Made by a program: the position numbers and the translations under genes
Shown: positions 49,401-58,184 of the stretch, one piece after another
Position numbering within the stretch: position 1 is the stretch's first letter
Layout of the letters: every line of letters starts with the position of its first letter
Assembly: GCA_017457305.1 (NCBI GenBank)
Contig: JAFTHP010000034.1
Location: 6,414-70,413, forward strand
DNA: 64,000 bases
Direction of reading: 5' to 3'
Source: Clostridia bacterium
GTDB lineage: Bacteria; Bacillota; Clostridia; Christensenellales; CAG-314
The notes under the pieces: model-generated
What the model saw: only the letters and a program-made list of their open reading frames with translations
Databases searched by the model: none
Told to the model about the DNA's origin: nothing

Positions 49401-50189
49401 CTAGTCCAAATCATCACTGGTTTGTGGATTGTAGAATAGTGGTACGCCATCTTCCTGTGTGTCTTCGGCATCTTCGAAGGTTTCGATATGCTTGGATAGG
49501 TCAAATCGTGTCCAAGGTTCTATTTGTGGTGGATATGCAACAAACACCATACGTTCCTTGCTTACAGGGTGATTAAATTCCAAGCGGTAAGCCCACAATG
49601 CAAGGTTTGCACCACGAACAACGTCGCCACCGTAGCGCATATCGCCGTAAACTGGGCAACCGATAGCGGAAAATTGCACTCTGATTTGATGGGAACGACC
49701 TGTGCCAAGTTGCACCTTTACCAAAGAAACGGCATTGTTGTCTGTTTCCAAAAGGTTGTAGGATAGCTCAGCACGTTTAGCATTGTGGTCGCCAAACGTT
49801 GCCACGTATACTGTGTTGGTAAGAGCATTTTTCTTGAGGTAATTTACCAAAGTTGCGTTCTTTTCCTTGGGGCAATTGAGCACAGCTGTAAGGTATTGTT
49901 TGGTCATTTCGCCATCAACAATTTGTCTAGAAAGACGTTCGGCCGATTTGCTATTCTTGGCAAATACCATAACGCCACCAGTTGGGCGATCCAATCTGTG
50001 AACAAGTCCTAGGTATACGTTGCCTGGTTTGTTGTACTTTTCCTTGATGTATTCCTTGAGCAATGTTAGCAAATCTTTGTCGCCACTGCTATCGCCTTGG
50101 CTAGGAATATTTTGTGGCTTGACAACAACTAGCACGCTGTTATCTTCGTGCAGTATTGTAACGTCATCCATTGTAAAATTTCTACTCAT
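49401..50189 (-). CDS. RluA-family pseudouridine synthase
   Basis: 262 aa. Catalytic motif HRLDRPTGGVMVFAKN and GRSHQIRVQ. 8-nt overlap with the upstream methyltransferase gene. Confidence 0.85.
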   Translation of the reverse strand: MSRNFTMDDVTILHEDNSVLVVVKPQNIPSQGDSSGDKDLLTLLKEYIKEKYNKPGNVYLGLVHRLDRPTGGVMVFAKNSKSAERLSRQIVDGEMTKQYLTAVLNCPKEKNATLVNYLKKNALTNTVYVATFGDHNAKRAELSYNLLETDNNAVSLVKVQLGTGRSHQIRVQFSAIGCPVYGDMRYGGDVVRGANLALWAYRLEFNHPVSKERMVFVAYPPQIEPWTRFDLSKHIETFEDAEDTQEDGVPLFYNPQTSDDLD

Positions 50190-51057
50190 AATCTACTCCT
50201 TCTCCTAAGTACAAACCGCTTGCGCCACAAGGCAAAACAACGCCTTCTTCTTGTGTTGGCAAGCACACTTCGTATGCCGTAACCTTGCCACCGCTTGGCA
50301 TTGTGCGATTGAGCAAGTTGCACAAGACAGCCGGTTGAAGCCCCGTAGTATAGCTGTTTAACAGTACAAACAATGGCTTTTCGCTAAGAACTTGACTACA
50401 CAATGCAACAAAGTCGCAAATGTCGCGTTCCATCTTCCACTCTTCGCCATTGGAGCCCCTGCCAAAGCTTGGTGGGTCCATTATGATTGCGTCGTATCTA
50501 TGGCCACGGTTGATTTCTCTCCTTACAAACTTGCGGCAGTCGTCAACAATGTATCTAACAGGTCTGTCGGATAGACCAGATAAAGCAACGTTTTCCTTGG
50601 CCATTTCTACCATATTCTTGGCGGCATCTACGTGGCAAACGGATGCCCCAGCGGACAAGCAGGCAACAGTTGCACCACCTGTGTAAGCAAACAAATTGAG
50701 TACGCTAATTGGTCTGTTAGCATCCTTGATGAGCTTGATCATCATATCCCAGTTGGTAGCTTGCTCGGGAAAAAGGCCCGTGTGCTTGAAGTTCATTGGA
50801 CGAACACGGAACTTGAGATTTCGCCAAGATACAACCCAGCTTTCGGGAAGCTTTGTGTTGTACTCCCAATGTCCACCACCCGTTGAAGAACGCAAATAGC
50901 GCGCGGAAGGTTTGGCAAACTGTGCCAAAGGTTTGGTACTATGCCAAATGACCTGTGGGTCTGGGCGCAAAAGGACAAAATCCTTCCATCTTTCCAGCTT
51001 TTCGCCGTCGCCAGTAGCAATAATTATGTAATCTTTCCATTCTTTGTTTATTCTCAT
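50182..51057 (-). CDS. class I SAM-dependent (RlmI/COG1092-like) methyltransferase
   Basis: Track ORF 50182..51114. Start at ATG 51055-51057 (MRINKEWKDY). SAM-binding LNLFAYTGGATV...DAIIMDPPSFGRG. A promoter abuts the ATG. Confidence 0.8.
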   Translation of the reverse strand: MRINKEWKDYIIIATGDGEKLERWKDFVLLRPDPQVIWHSTKPLAQFAKPSARYLRSSTGGGHWEYNTKLPESWVVSWRNLKFRVRPMNFKHTGLFPEQATNWDMMIKLIKDANRPISVLNLFAYTGGATVACLSAGASVCHVDAAKNMVEMAKENVALSGLSDRPVRYIVDDCRKFVRREINRGHRYDAIIMDPPSFGRGSNGEEWKMERDICDFVALCSQVLSEKPLFVLLNSYTTGLQPAVLCNLLNRTMPSGGKVTAYEVCLPTQEEGVVLPCGASGLYLGEGVDYE

Positions 51058-51063
51058 AAATAT

Positions 51064-51092
51064 ATTATAAAGCAAAAAGACCTTTTGTTCAA
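51064..51092 (-). promoter_or_regulatory. sigma-A-type promoter abutting the methyltransferase start codon (TTGAAC-17-TATAAT)
   Basis: Reverse complement reads TTGAAC AAAAGGTCTTTTTGCTT TATAAT ATATTT ATG. There is no SD. Confidence 0.6.
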
Positions 51093-51269
51093 CTATTTTG
51101 CCACTACTAAGCACAAAAAAGAGTGTTATTGGTTATCATTTTGCGACAAATATTTCAACAATCAACCAATAATACCAATCGACCTTTGTGCAGCAATCAA
51201 TTTGTTGGCAACAGCCTTATTTGCACCCACCCTTGCAAACAGCAAATAATTGCACCATTGCTTGTGATA

Positions 51270-51298
51270 TTGACAACTGCAAAGGTGTGATATATAAT
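51270..51298 (+). promoter_or_regulatory. consensus sigma-A promoter abutting the PPTase start codon (TTGACA-17-TATAAT)
   Basis: TTGACA ACTGCAAAGGTGTGATA TATAAT AACTGT ATG. There is no SD. Confidence 0.65.
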
Positions 51299-51304
51299 AA
51301 CTGT

Positions 51305-51937
51305 ATGAGTAAACTACGTATCCGCGACGAACTGGACGCCTGCACCACATACGTGTTTGTAAGCAAAGTTTTGCCTGCAAACTCCATATCCACCCTTTAT
51401 CCACCACAAAGGCAACAACAAGTTGACCAATGCCAGTCGGCAAAGGTAAAGGCGGAAAAGTACACATCCTGGAAGCTATTGGAATATGCCCTGAAAGAGC
51501 TATACGACGTGGCAATTACCGACGTACAATTTTGCCTTGCAAACAATGGCAAGTGGAGTTGCAACAAGTGCCATTTTTCCATTAGCCACAGCGACGGTGT
51601 GGTTGCCGTTGCAGTTGATGCCCACCCTGTTGGTATCGACATTGAAAATACACAAAACGTCAAATTTACACCAAAGCTTGCCAACAGAATAATGACGGAT
51701 GAAGAATTTATCACATACCTAAACAATGGCGAAAAAACACAGTATATTTGTGAAGTTTGGTGCAAAAAAGAAGCGCTATTTAAGCAACGTGGAGTTGGTG
51801 TTTTTGCCGCAAAGCTACTGCAAACGGAAGACACAAATGACTTTTGCTTGCACAATTTGCACTACGACGGCAAGGTGTTTTTCATGGCTCTAGCCAATAA
51901 CACGCCAATATTTAGGGTAATTGAGGTGCAACTATGA
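51305..51937 (+). CDS. 4'-phosphopantetheinyl transferase (Sfp type)
   Basis: Track ORF 51188..51937 (GTG). ATG 51305 (MSKLRIRD) gives the usual length of about 210 aa. Motifs FSISHSDGVVAV, GIDIE, WCKKEALFK. Confidence 0.75.
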   Translation: MSKLRIRDELDACTTYVFVSKVLPANSISTLYPPQRQQQVDQCQSAKVKAEKYTSWKLLEYALKELYDVAITDVQFCLANNGKWSCNKCHFSISHSDGVVAVAVDAHPVGIDIENTQNVKFTPKLANRIMTDEEFITYLNNGEKTQYICEVWCKKEALFKQRGVGVFAAKLLQTEDTNDFCLHNLHYDGKVFFMALANNTPIFRVIEVQL

Positions 51938-52305
51938 CACGTCACCTAACTAAAAGGGTTGATGCCGTTTGCGGCAGAGATTATCTTGGCAAACTGGTTG
52001 AAGTGACCATTGACCGCCCTGTCGGCACTACCCATCCCAAACACAAAACTATTTTTTACCCCATCAACTACGGATATGTTGCCAACACCGTTAGCGGAGA
52101 TGGCGAGGAACTAGATGCCTACGTTTTGGGGATAGATTACCCGCTAACAACATTTGTAGGAAGGTGCATTGCCGTTGTTGAAAGGTTGGAAGAAAATGAC
52201 GACAAGCTGATTGTCGTACCTGACGGACAGACGTTATCCGACCAAGAAATTGAAGAACAAATACTGTTTCAAGAACAATATTTTGAACACAAAATTGTTC
52301 GATAG
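51934..52305 (+). CDS. short inorganic-pyrophosphatase-like protein
   Basis: 123 aa, ATGA overlap with the PPTase gene. PINYGYVANTVSGDGEELDAYVLG...DDKLIVVP parallels the family I PPase core, but the N-terminal part of the fold is missing. Confidence 0.55.
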   Translation: MTRHLTKRVDAVCGRDYLGKLVEVTIDRPVGTTHPKHKTIFYPINYGYVANTVSGDGEELDAYVLGIDYPLTTFVGRCIAVVERLEENDDKLIVVPDGQTLSDQEIEEQILFQEQYFEHKIVR

Positions 52306-52340
52306 TTGGTAAAAAAAACAACTCATACATAAACAGCAAA

Positions 52341-52377
52341 ATGGACCGTTGCGGTTAGGCAACGGCCCATTTTGTTT
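52341..52377 (+). terminator. intrinsic terminator after PPase-like gene
   Basis: AUGGACCGUUGC-loop-GCAACGGCCCAU followed by UUUGUUU. Confidence 0.7.
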
Positions 52378-52462
52378 GGGGAGGTCACGGTGTCAAAGGG
52401 GATTTACACCGCGATTTATGATGGATAAGTTTCTTGAGGAGAGAATTATACTATCCAACTGA

Positions 52463-52495
52463 AAAGCCACTATTTTGCACAGATATAGCGGCTTT
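52463..52495 (-). terminator. possible weak terminator after anti-sigma gene
   Basis: Minus-strand RNA AAAGCCGCUAU-loop-AUAGUGGCUUU, but only a short U tract. Confidence 0.4.
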
Positions 52496-52508
52496 ACATG
52501 CATTGAGG

Positions 52509-54041
52509 TTAGTCGGCTTGCTTTGTAAACTTGATGATTGTTCCAGTTTTTGCATTGACCTTGGCTTCGTATTCGTATCCGCCAAGTTCAAACTCAATTT
52601 CGTAGTACATCATATTGCCGTGGTCGGCACGCTCTAGTTCAATTTCGTAATCAACAAGTACTGCGTCCTGCGCTATACCTGCGTGATTAAGCAAGATACT
52701 CTTTGCTTCATCCTTGCTGATGAGAGCTTGATTGGTAGGATCATCTTGATGAGGATGTTCTGGACGTCCACCAGGCATATGTTCGGTAACCCTTCCGTTT
52801 ATGTCAAGCTCCAACTCGTATTCCTTACCTTGGTAGAAAAACTCCACTTCCACTTCGCCCTTGTCGAACTCAATCTTGATACCATCCTTGTGTTCATCAA
52901 ACCAGCCTTCGCCTAGTTTTTCGTCAACAAGAGTTCTAATTTTGTTCAACAGTTCTTGCTTGTCTTGTTCGGAAATATCCTTGTTTACGTCTACTTCGTG
53001 ACGGTCGTCATCTTTGTCGTCGATACTCTTTTGGTAGTCTACAACAACACCAGTTGTAGCATCTACTTCAATTTCGTACTCGTAGCCAGCCACTTCAAAA
53101 TCCACTTCGTATACCATTGTGTGGTTGTCAAAGTCAAGGTCAATTTCAAATTCAGCAAGCTTTTTGATACTATCTGTTGTTAACGCTTCGGTTAGTCCTT
53201 CTACCACACTATTTGTGTTTAAGTAGTCAACCACGGCTGTTAAAGCTTCTTGCTTTGTAATGTACGCTTTGTCGCTAGCAGCGCCCTTGCGTTCAATATC
53301 CTTGTCGTTGTTGCCGTGCTTTCCTAGCAAAATTGCAAGTTCGTTTACTGTAAGTTCGGCTAGCTTTGCTTCGTCGTAGGTGCTATCTGGGGTGCTAAGT
53401 AGCTTGTATATTAGTTGTGCCTTGCCTACGGTGATATCATACTTTTGGGCAAGTTCTTCTACCGCTTGGTTTCTTTTTACCTGTTGCGACATCAACGAGC
53501 AATCAACGTTTTTCTCCGTCATTACAATGTCAATTTCGTCCGTGATTGATTTGACTATTTCGTCGTAGGCCCACTTTCCTTTTTGTGGATCTACACTGAC
53601 CAAAACGCTGTTGGATATTTCACTGATATATCCCTTTGCCAGCATTTGACCAAGTATTGCTTTTACTGCAACGTTTACTTTTACGCCTACCAAATCTTCC
53701 TTGATATCTGCAAGAATAATTTGTGCATCTTGGTTGTTTGCTGTTACACTTACTACACGTTGTTTTCCATCAATTTCTATGGATATACTGGGGTTAACGT
53801 CAATTGTTACTGTTGCTGCATATGCGTTTTGTGATAGGTCTACTGCGCCAAAAACCGCAGCCACTACCAACACCATCGCCAATGCCATTGCGGCGATTTT
53901 CCATCTTTTTGTCATAAAATTTGTCCTCCTGGTCGTCTGTTGGGGAACACGTTGACAGTCCGCTTGTATCGATTGCAAATTGTTTGGTGTGGCAGAGGTA
54001 AAAGCACTTTGTATTCTGTTTTCAATTTGCTTTTTGTTCAT
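52509..54041 (-). CDS. membrane anti-sigma-factor-like protein with multiple extracellular PepSY-like repeats
   Basis: 510 aa, ATGA overlap with the ECF sigma gene. Short cytoplasmic N-terminus and a single TM (WKIAAMALAMVLVVAAVFGAV). Region VTIDVNPSISIEIDGKQRVV. Repeats ending YEVDFEVAGYEYEIEVDATTGVVV, VEFFYQGKEYELELDINGRV and YEIEFELGGYEYEAKVNAKTGTII. Confidence 0.65.
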   Translation of the reverse strand: MNKKQIENRIQSAFTSATPNNLQSIQADCQRVPQQTTRRTNFMTKRWKIAAMALAMVLVVAAVFGAVDLSQNAYAATVTIDVNPSISIEIDGKQRVVSVTANNQDAQIILADIKEDLVGVKVNVAVKAILGQMLAKGYISEISNSVLVSVDPQKGKWAYDEIVKSITDEIDIVMTEKNVDCSLMSQQVKRNQAVEELAQKYDITVGKAQLIYKLLSTPDSTYDEAKLAELTVNELAILLGKHGNNDKDIERKGAASDKAYITKQEALTAVVDYLNTNSVVEGLTEALTTDSIKKLAEFEIDLDFDNHTMVYEVDFEVAGYEYEIEVDATTGVVVDYQKSIDDKDDDRHEVDVNKDISEQDKQELLNKIRTLVDEKLGEGWFDEHKDGIKIEFDKGEVEVEFFYQGKEYELELDINGRVTEHMPGGRPEHPHQDDPTNQALISKDEAKSILLNHAGIAQDAVLVDYEIELERADHGNMMYYEIEFELGGYEYEAKVNAKTGTIIKFTKQAD

Positions 54042-54592
54042 TGATTTTCCTCCGATAATATGCTCTTCAACTTGGCTATTGTGCGCTTGTACTTGCTAAG
54101 CACTGTGGAAAGGGGAAGTTCCATTAGCTTGGCAATTTCGCGATGTTTTAATCCACTAACTGCGTGTAGCACAACTATTTGCCTTTCTTGATCGGTCAGT
54201 TTTTGTAAGCAGGCAAGTATTGTTAACCTGTCATCTGCCGAAAGTTGAGTGTTTGCCACAAAATATCTTTCCAGCTGTTCATCTGGCATGTCGCAAAAGC
54301 GCCCTTGTTGCCTAAAACGCTGATAACACAGGTTTTTGGCAATGGTAAGTATCCAAGCCATAGGTTTACTGTGGCTCTTGTACTGATGGGCCTTTTGATA
54401 GATGGTTACAAAGGTATCATGCAACACATCTTCGGCATCTTGCACGTTTTTTGTCACCGAAAGTGCGTAAGCGTACACCGCTCCCTTTGTAAGATTGTAA
54501 AGCTCGGTAAGGGCATCCTGAGCCCCCTTGGCTATACTGGATATACATTTATCTATCAAGCCTGTTGGATGGTTTGATGGACGGTCTGTCAT
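54038..54592 (-). CDS. ECF-type RNA polymerase sigma factor
   Basis: 184 aa. Region 2 (VYAYALSVTKNVQDAEDVLHDTFVTIY) and region 4 HTH (GLKHREIAKLMELPLSTVLSKYKRTIAKLK). Confidence 0.85.
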   Translation of the reverse strand: MTDRPSNHPTGLIDKCISSIAKGAQDALTELYNLTKGAVYAYALSVTKNVQDAEDVLHDTFVTIYQKAHQYKSHSKPMAWILTIAKNLCYQRFRQQGRFCDMPDEQLERYFVANTQLSADDRLTILACLQKLTDQERQIVVLHAVSGLKHREIAKLMELPLSTVLSKYKRTIAKLKSILSEENQ

Positions 54593-54640
54593 TTGTTATT
54601 AATTCCCCTTTGTATCAATACAATGATTTTGATGGTGGTT

Positions 54641-54682
54641 TTATTGCATACTTTTGAAAAAATTTGTTTTTGTATGCAATAA
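54641..54682 (-). repeat. perfect 11-bp inverted repeat (TTATTGCATAC-N20-GTATGCAATAA) in the ECF sigma leader
   Basis: Read directly from the sequence. Lies 49-90 nt upstream of the ECF sigma ATG. Confidence 0.7.
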
Positions 54683-54690
54683 ACAATTTT

Positions 54691-54715
54691 GACGTCATTT
54701 TTGTTGCAAATGTTT
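54691..54715 (-). promoter_or_regulatory. possible ECF-type promoter (AAAC-N17-CGTC)
   Basis: Reverse complement reads TTAAAC ATTTGCAACAAAAATGA CGTC. It resembles the generic ECF AAC-N16/17-CGT pattern. Confidence 0.3.
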
Positions 54716-54888
54716 AAATATTCTATATATTTAGTAATGGGTAAAATACGCAAATAAATTCCACCCACTATCAAATATACTCAACTTGAAAGGTGAAAAA
54801 ATAATATATCAGCAAATAAGTGACTTGTCAATACTCAACTAGTTGCTTTTTCCATAAGCATATCAACAAAAATAAAGCAATATTTGCA

Positions 54889-54919
54889 ACAAAAAACCGC
54901 CACGAAAATTCGTAGCGGT
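54889..54919 (-). terminator. intrinsic terminator after ileS (bidirectional hairpin)
   Basis: Minus-strand RNA ACCGCUACGAA-UUU-UCGUGGCGGU followed by a U-run. Confidence 0.8.
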
Positions 54920-54979
54920 GTTTTTATTTGTTTTAATATTGATAAATCAGCATATGTTCATATGCGCACGCGTACAACA

Positions 54980-57900
54980 TTATTTGCTAGCGTGTGAAAG
55001 GAACAATGTAAATGCGTGTCCGTTAACATCCCATTGCTTGCTAAATTCGCCATCGGTGGAAGGCAAAACGCTATCTGCCAATGTGCCACTGGCAATTTCT
55101 GCGGAGTTACGTGCAAATACTTGTGCAAGTTGCTCGTCAGCTTGGTAACCAACGATAATGTGGTCGGTAACAACAAAGTCGCACTCCTTGCGCATTGTTT
55201 GAATTTTGCTGATAATTTCGCGAACGGTACCTTCTTCGATAAGTTCAGCTGTCAATGCAACGTCCAAAGCAACTGTGTCGCCGTGATCACTAACTACAGA
55301 GTAGCCAGACTTGTTCTTGGATGAGATGAGAAGGTCATCTGCACCAACAACGACGTCGTTATTGTCAATTACAAATGTGTAGGTGCCACCATTTTGAACG
55401 GCTTCCACCACTTCGCGAGCTTTGTCGCCAAGGCTAGCAAAGGTATTGCGGATTGCACCAAGTAGCTTGCCATACTTTGGACCAAGTGTCTTGAGTTGTG
55501 GTTTGATTTCGTAATCGGCAAATTCGTCGGCGGATGTCACGCGAACAAGCTTTTTAACGTTTAGTTCGTTAGTGATGATTTGAACCATCTCTTCTGTCAA
55601 GTCGCCCTTTGTTGCAACAAACATTTGTGCAAGTGGTTGACGATTCTTAACGTTGGATGCGTTACGAGCAGCACGACCAAGAACAACGATATCCAATACC
55701 TTTTCCATTTGTTCGTTTAGCTCGCTGTTGATGTAATCTTCATTTGCAACAGGGAAGGAGCACAAGTGAACACTGCGTGGAGCATCGTCAAAGCAATTTG
55801 CTGTGATATTTTGGTAGATGCTTTCGGTGATAAATGGAACAAATGGCGCACTTACCTTGATGAGTGTATCCAAAACTGTGTACAATGTCATGTAGGCAGC
55901 TTGCTTGTCCGCTGTCCAATCACTACCCCAGTAACGTTCACGACAACGGCGAACATACCAGTTGGAAAGCATATCGGTAAACTTTTCGATTGCACGTGAT
56001 GTTTCGGTGATTTCGTAGTTGGTTAGTCCCTTGTCAACGTTCTTTACAAGTTGGTTAACTTCTGACAAAATCCACTTGTCCATCAAAGTTAGTTGGCAAT
56101 CTTCCAAGCGGTAAAGGCTTGGATCGAAGTTGTCGATATCTGCATACAAAACGTAGAAAGCGTAGGTGTTCCACAATGTTCCAAGGAACTTACGTTGTGT
56201 TTCGGAAACGGCTTCGTCGTAGTAACGGCTTGGTAGCCATGGAGATGATGCTGTGTAGAAATACCATCTAACCGCATCGGCACCTTGCTTGTTGAAGCTT
56301 GTCCATGGGTCAACAACGTTGCCCTTGTGCTTGGACATCTTAACACCGTGTTCGTCGCCTACTAGTCCAAGAACGATACAGTTTTTGAAAGGAGCCTTGC
56401 CAAACAACAACGTGGAAATAGCAATAAGTGTGTAGAACCAACCACGAGTTTGGTCTACCGCTTCGCTGATAAAGTCAGCAGGGAAGTTGCGTTCGAACAA
56501 TTCCTTGTTTTCAAATGGGTAGTGGAATTGAGCATATGGCATACTACCGCTATCAAACCAACAGTCGATAACTTCTGGTGTGCGTTCGTATGTGCCACCG
56601 CACTCGCAGGTCCACTTGCAGTCGTCAATAAATGGACGGTGAAGTTCAATATCCTCACTGCAACCGCATTTTTCAGCGAGTTCCTTTCTGGAACCAATTA
56701 CGTGAACTTTGCCACACTTGTTGCAAACCCACACTGGCAAAGGTGTTCCCCAGTATCTATCACGAGAGATACCCCAATCGATAACGTTTTCCAAGAAGTT
56801 GCCCATACGACCAGAACCGATTGTTGGTGGAATCCAGTTGATTGTGGAGTTTACTTCCAACAATTGATCCTTAACAGCAGTCATCTTTACAAACCAAGAC
56901 TTGCGTGCGTAATAAATAAGTGGAGTGTCACAACGCCAGCAATGTGGATAGCTGTGTTCAAACATAAGCTCTTTAAATAGCAAACCACGAGCCTTCAAGT
57001 CCTTTAGTATTACCTTATCAGCTTGTTTGCAGAATACGCCAGTAAGCTCCCCGCAACCTTCCACAAACTTGCCGTCTTCGCCAACAAGTTGAACAAGAGG
57101 CAGGTTGTAGCGTCTACCAACGTTGGCGTCGTCTTCACCAAATGCAGGCGCAATGTGAACTATACCAGTACCATCGGTTAGAGTAACGTAGCTGTCGTTT
57201 GTTACGTAGTAAGCCTTTTCCTTGGGGCTTGCATAGTTGAACAAAGGAAGATATTGTACGTGTTCGTAGTAACTACCCTTGTGGCAATCTACAACTGTGT
57301 AAGTGCCTTCTTCAAAGTGCTTTACTACTAGCTCTTTTGCCAAAATGTACTTTGTTCCATCTTGTTCGATAGTAACGTAGTCGTATTCGGCGTTCATACA
57401 AAGAGCAACGTTGCTGGGCAAAGTCCATGGGGTTGTTGTCCATGCTAGGAAGAAAGTGTCTGGTTGGTCAACAAGTTGGAACTTGGCAACAGCAGACTTT
57501 TCCTTTACGTCCTTGTATCCTTGCGCTACTTCGTGGGAAGACAATGCTGTTCCGCATCTTGGGCAATAAGGAACAATCTTGAAACCTTTGTACAAAAGTC
57601 CTTTGTCGTAGATGGTTTTTAGTGCCCACCACTCCGATTCGATATAGTTGTTGTCGTAAGTTACGTAGGGGTGTTCCATATCTGCCCAGTAAGCAACACG
57701 GTCGGAAAGTTGTTCCCACTCGCCCTTGTACTTCCAAACAGATTCCTTGCATTTGCCAACAAATGGGCCAATGCCGTATTCTTCAATTTGCTTTTTGCCG
57801 TCAATACCAAGAAGCTTTTCTACTTCTAGTTCTACAGGCAAGCCGTGGGTATCCCAACCGGCTTTTCTTAGAACGTTTTTACCCTTCATAACTTGGAAAC

Positions 57901-58108
57901 GTGGAATCAAGTCCTTGATGGAACGAGTAAGCACGTGACCAATGTGTGGCTTTCCGTTAGCTGTTGGTGGGCCATCGTAGAAGGTAAAGCTACCTTCGCC
58001 TTGAGCAGCAGATTGCTCAAAAATCTTGTTTTTCTTCCAAAAGTCCAAAACGGACAATTCTCTGTCGACAAAATTCAAGCTACTGTCGACCTTTGTGTAT
58101 TTTGACAT
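54980..58108 (-). CDS. ileS: isoleucine--tRNA ligase, type 2 (eukaryote-like)
   Basis: 1042 aa. PPTANGKPHIGHVLTR (HIGH), KMSKHKGN (KMSKS). The N-terminus MSKYTKVDSSLNFVDRELSVLDFWKKNKIFEQS and the length are typical of IleRS2. AAGGAG SD. Confidence 0.94.
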   Translation of the reverse strand: MSKYTKVDSSLNFVDRELSVLDFWKKNKIFEQSAAQGEGSFTFYDGPPTANGKPHIGHVLTRSIKDLIPRFQVMKGKNVLRKAGWDTHGLPVELEVEKLLGIDGKKQIEEYGIGPFVGKCKESVWKYKGEWEQLSDRVAYWADMEHPYVTYDNNYIESEWWALKTIYDKGLLYKGFKIVPYCPRCGTALSSHEVAQGYKDVKEKSAVAKFQLVDQPDTFFLAWTTTPWTLPSNVALCMNAEYDYVTIEQDGTKYILAKELVVKHFEEGTYTVVDCHKGSYYEHVQYLPLFNYASPKEKAYYVTNDSYVTLTDGTGIVHIAPAFGEDDANVGRRYNLPLVQLVGEDGKFVEGCGELTGVFCKQADKVILKDLKARGLLFKELMFEHSYPHCWRCDTPLIYYARKSWFVKMTAVKDQLLEVNSTINWIPPTIGSGRMGNFLENVIDWGISRDRYWGTPLPVWVCNKCGKVHVIGSRKELAEKCGCSEDIELHRPFIDDCKWTCECGGTYERTPEVIDCWFDSGSMPYAQFHYPFENKELFERNFPADFISEAVDQTRGWFYTLIAISTLLFGKAPFKNCIVLGLVGDEHGVKMSKHKGNVVDPWTSFNKQGADAVRWYFYTASSPWLPSRYYDEAVSETQRKFLGTLWNTYAFYVLYADIDNFDPSLYRLEDCQLTLMDKWILSEVNQLVKNVDKGLTNYEITETSRAIEKFTDMLSNWYVRRCRERYWGSDWTADKQAAYMTLYTVLDTLIKVSAPFVPFITESIYQNITANCFDDAPRSVHLCSFPVANEDYINSELNEQMEKVLDIVVLGRAARNASNVKNRQPLAQMFVATKGDLTEEMVQIITNELNVKKLVRVTSADEFADYEIKPQLKTLGPKYGKLLGAIRNTFASLGDKAREVVEAVQNGGTYTFVIDNNDVVVGADDLLISSKNKSGYSVVSDHGDTVALDVALTAELIEEGTVREIISKIQTMRKECDFVVTDHIIVGYQADEQLAQVFARNSAEIASGTLADSVLPSTDGEFSKQWDVNGHAFTLFLSHASK

Positions 58109-58184
58109 AACACAATCTCCTTTTATCTAGGATAATTTATTTTTCAATACTGGTTGCTTGCAACGATTGCTCGCCTCAAAGCAA

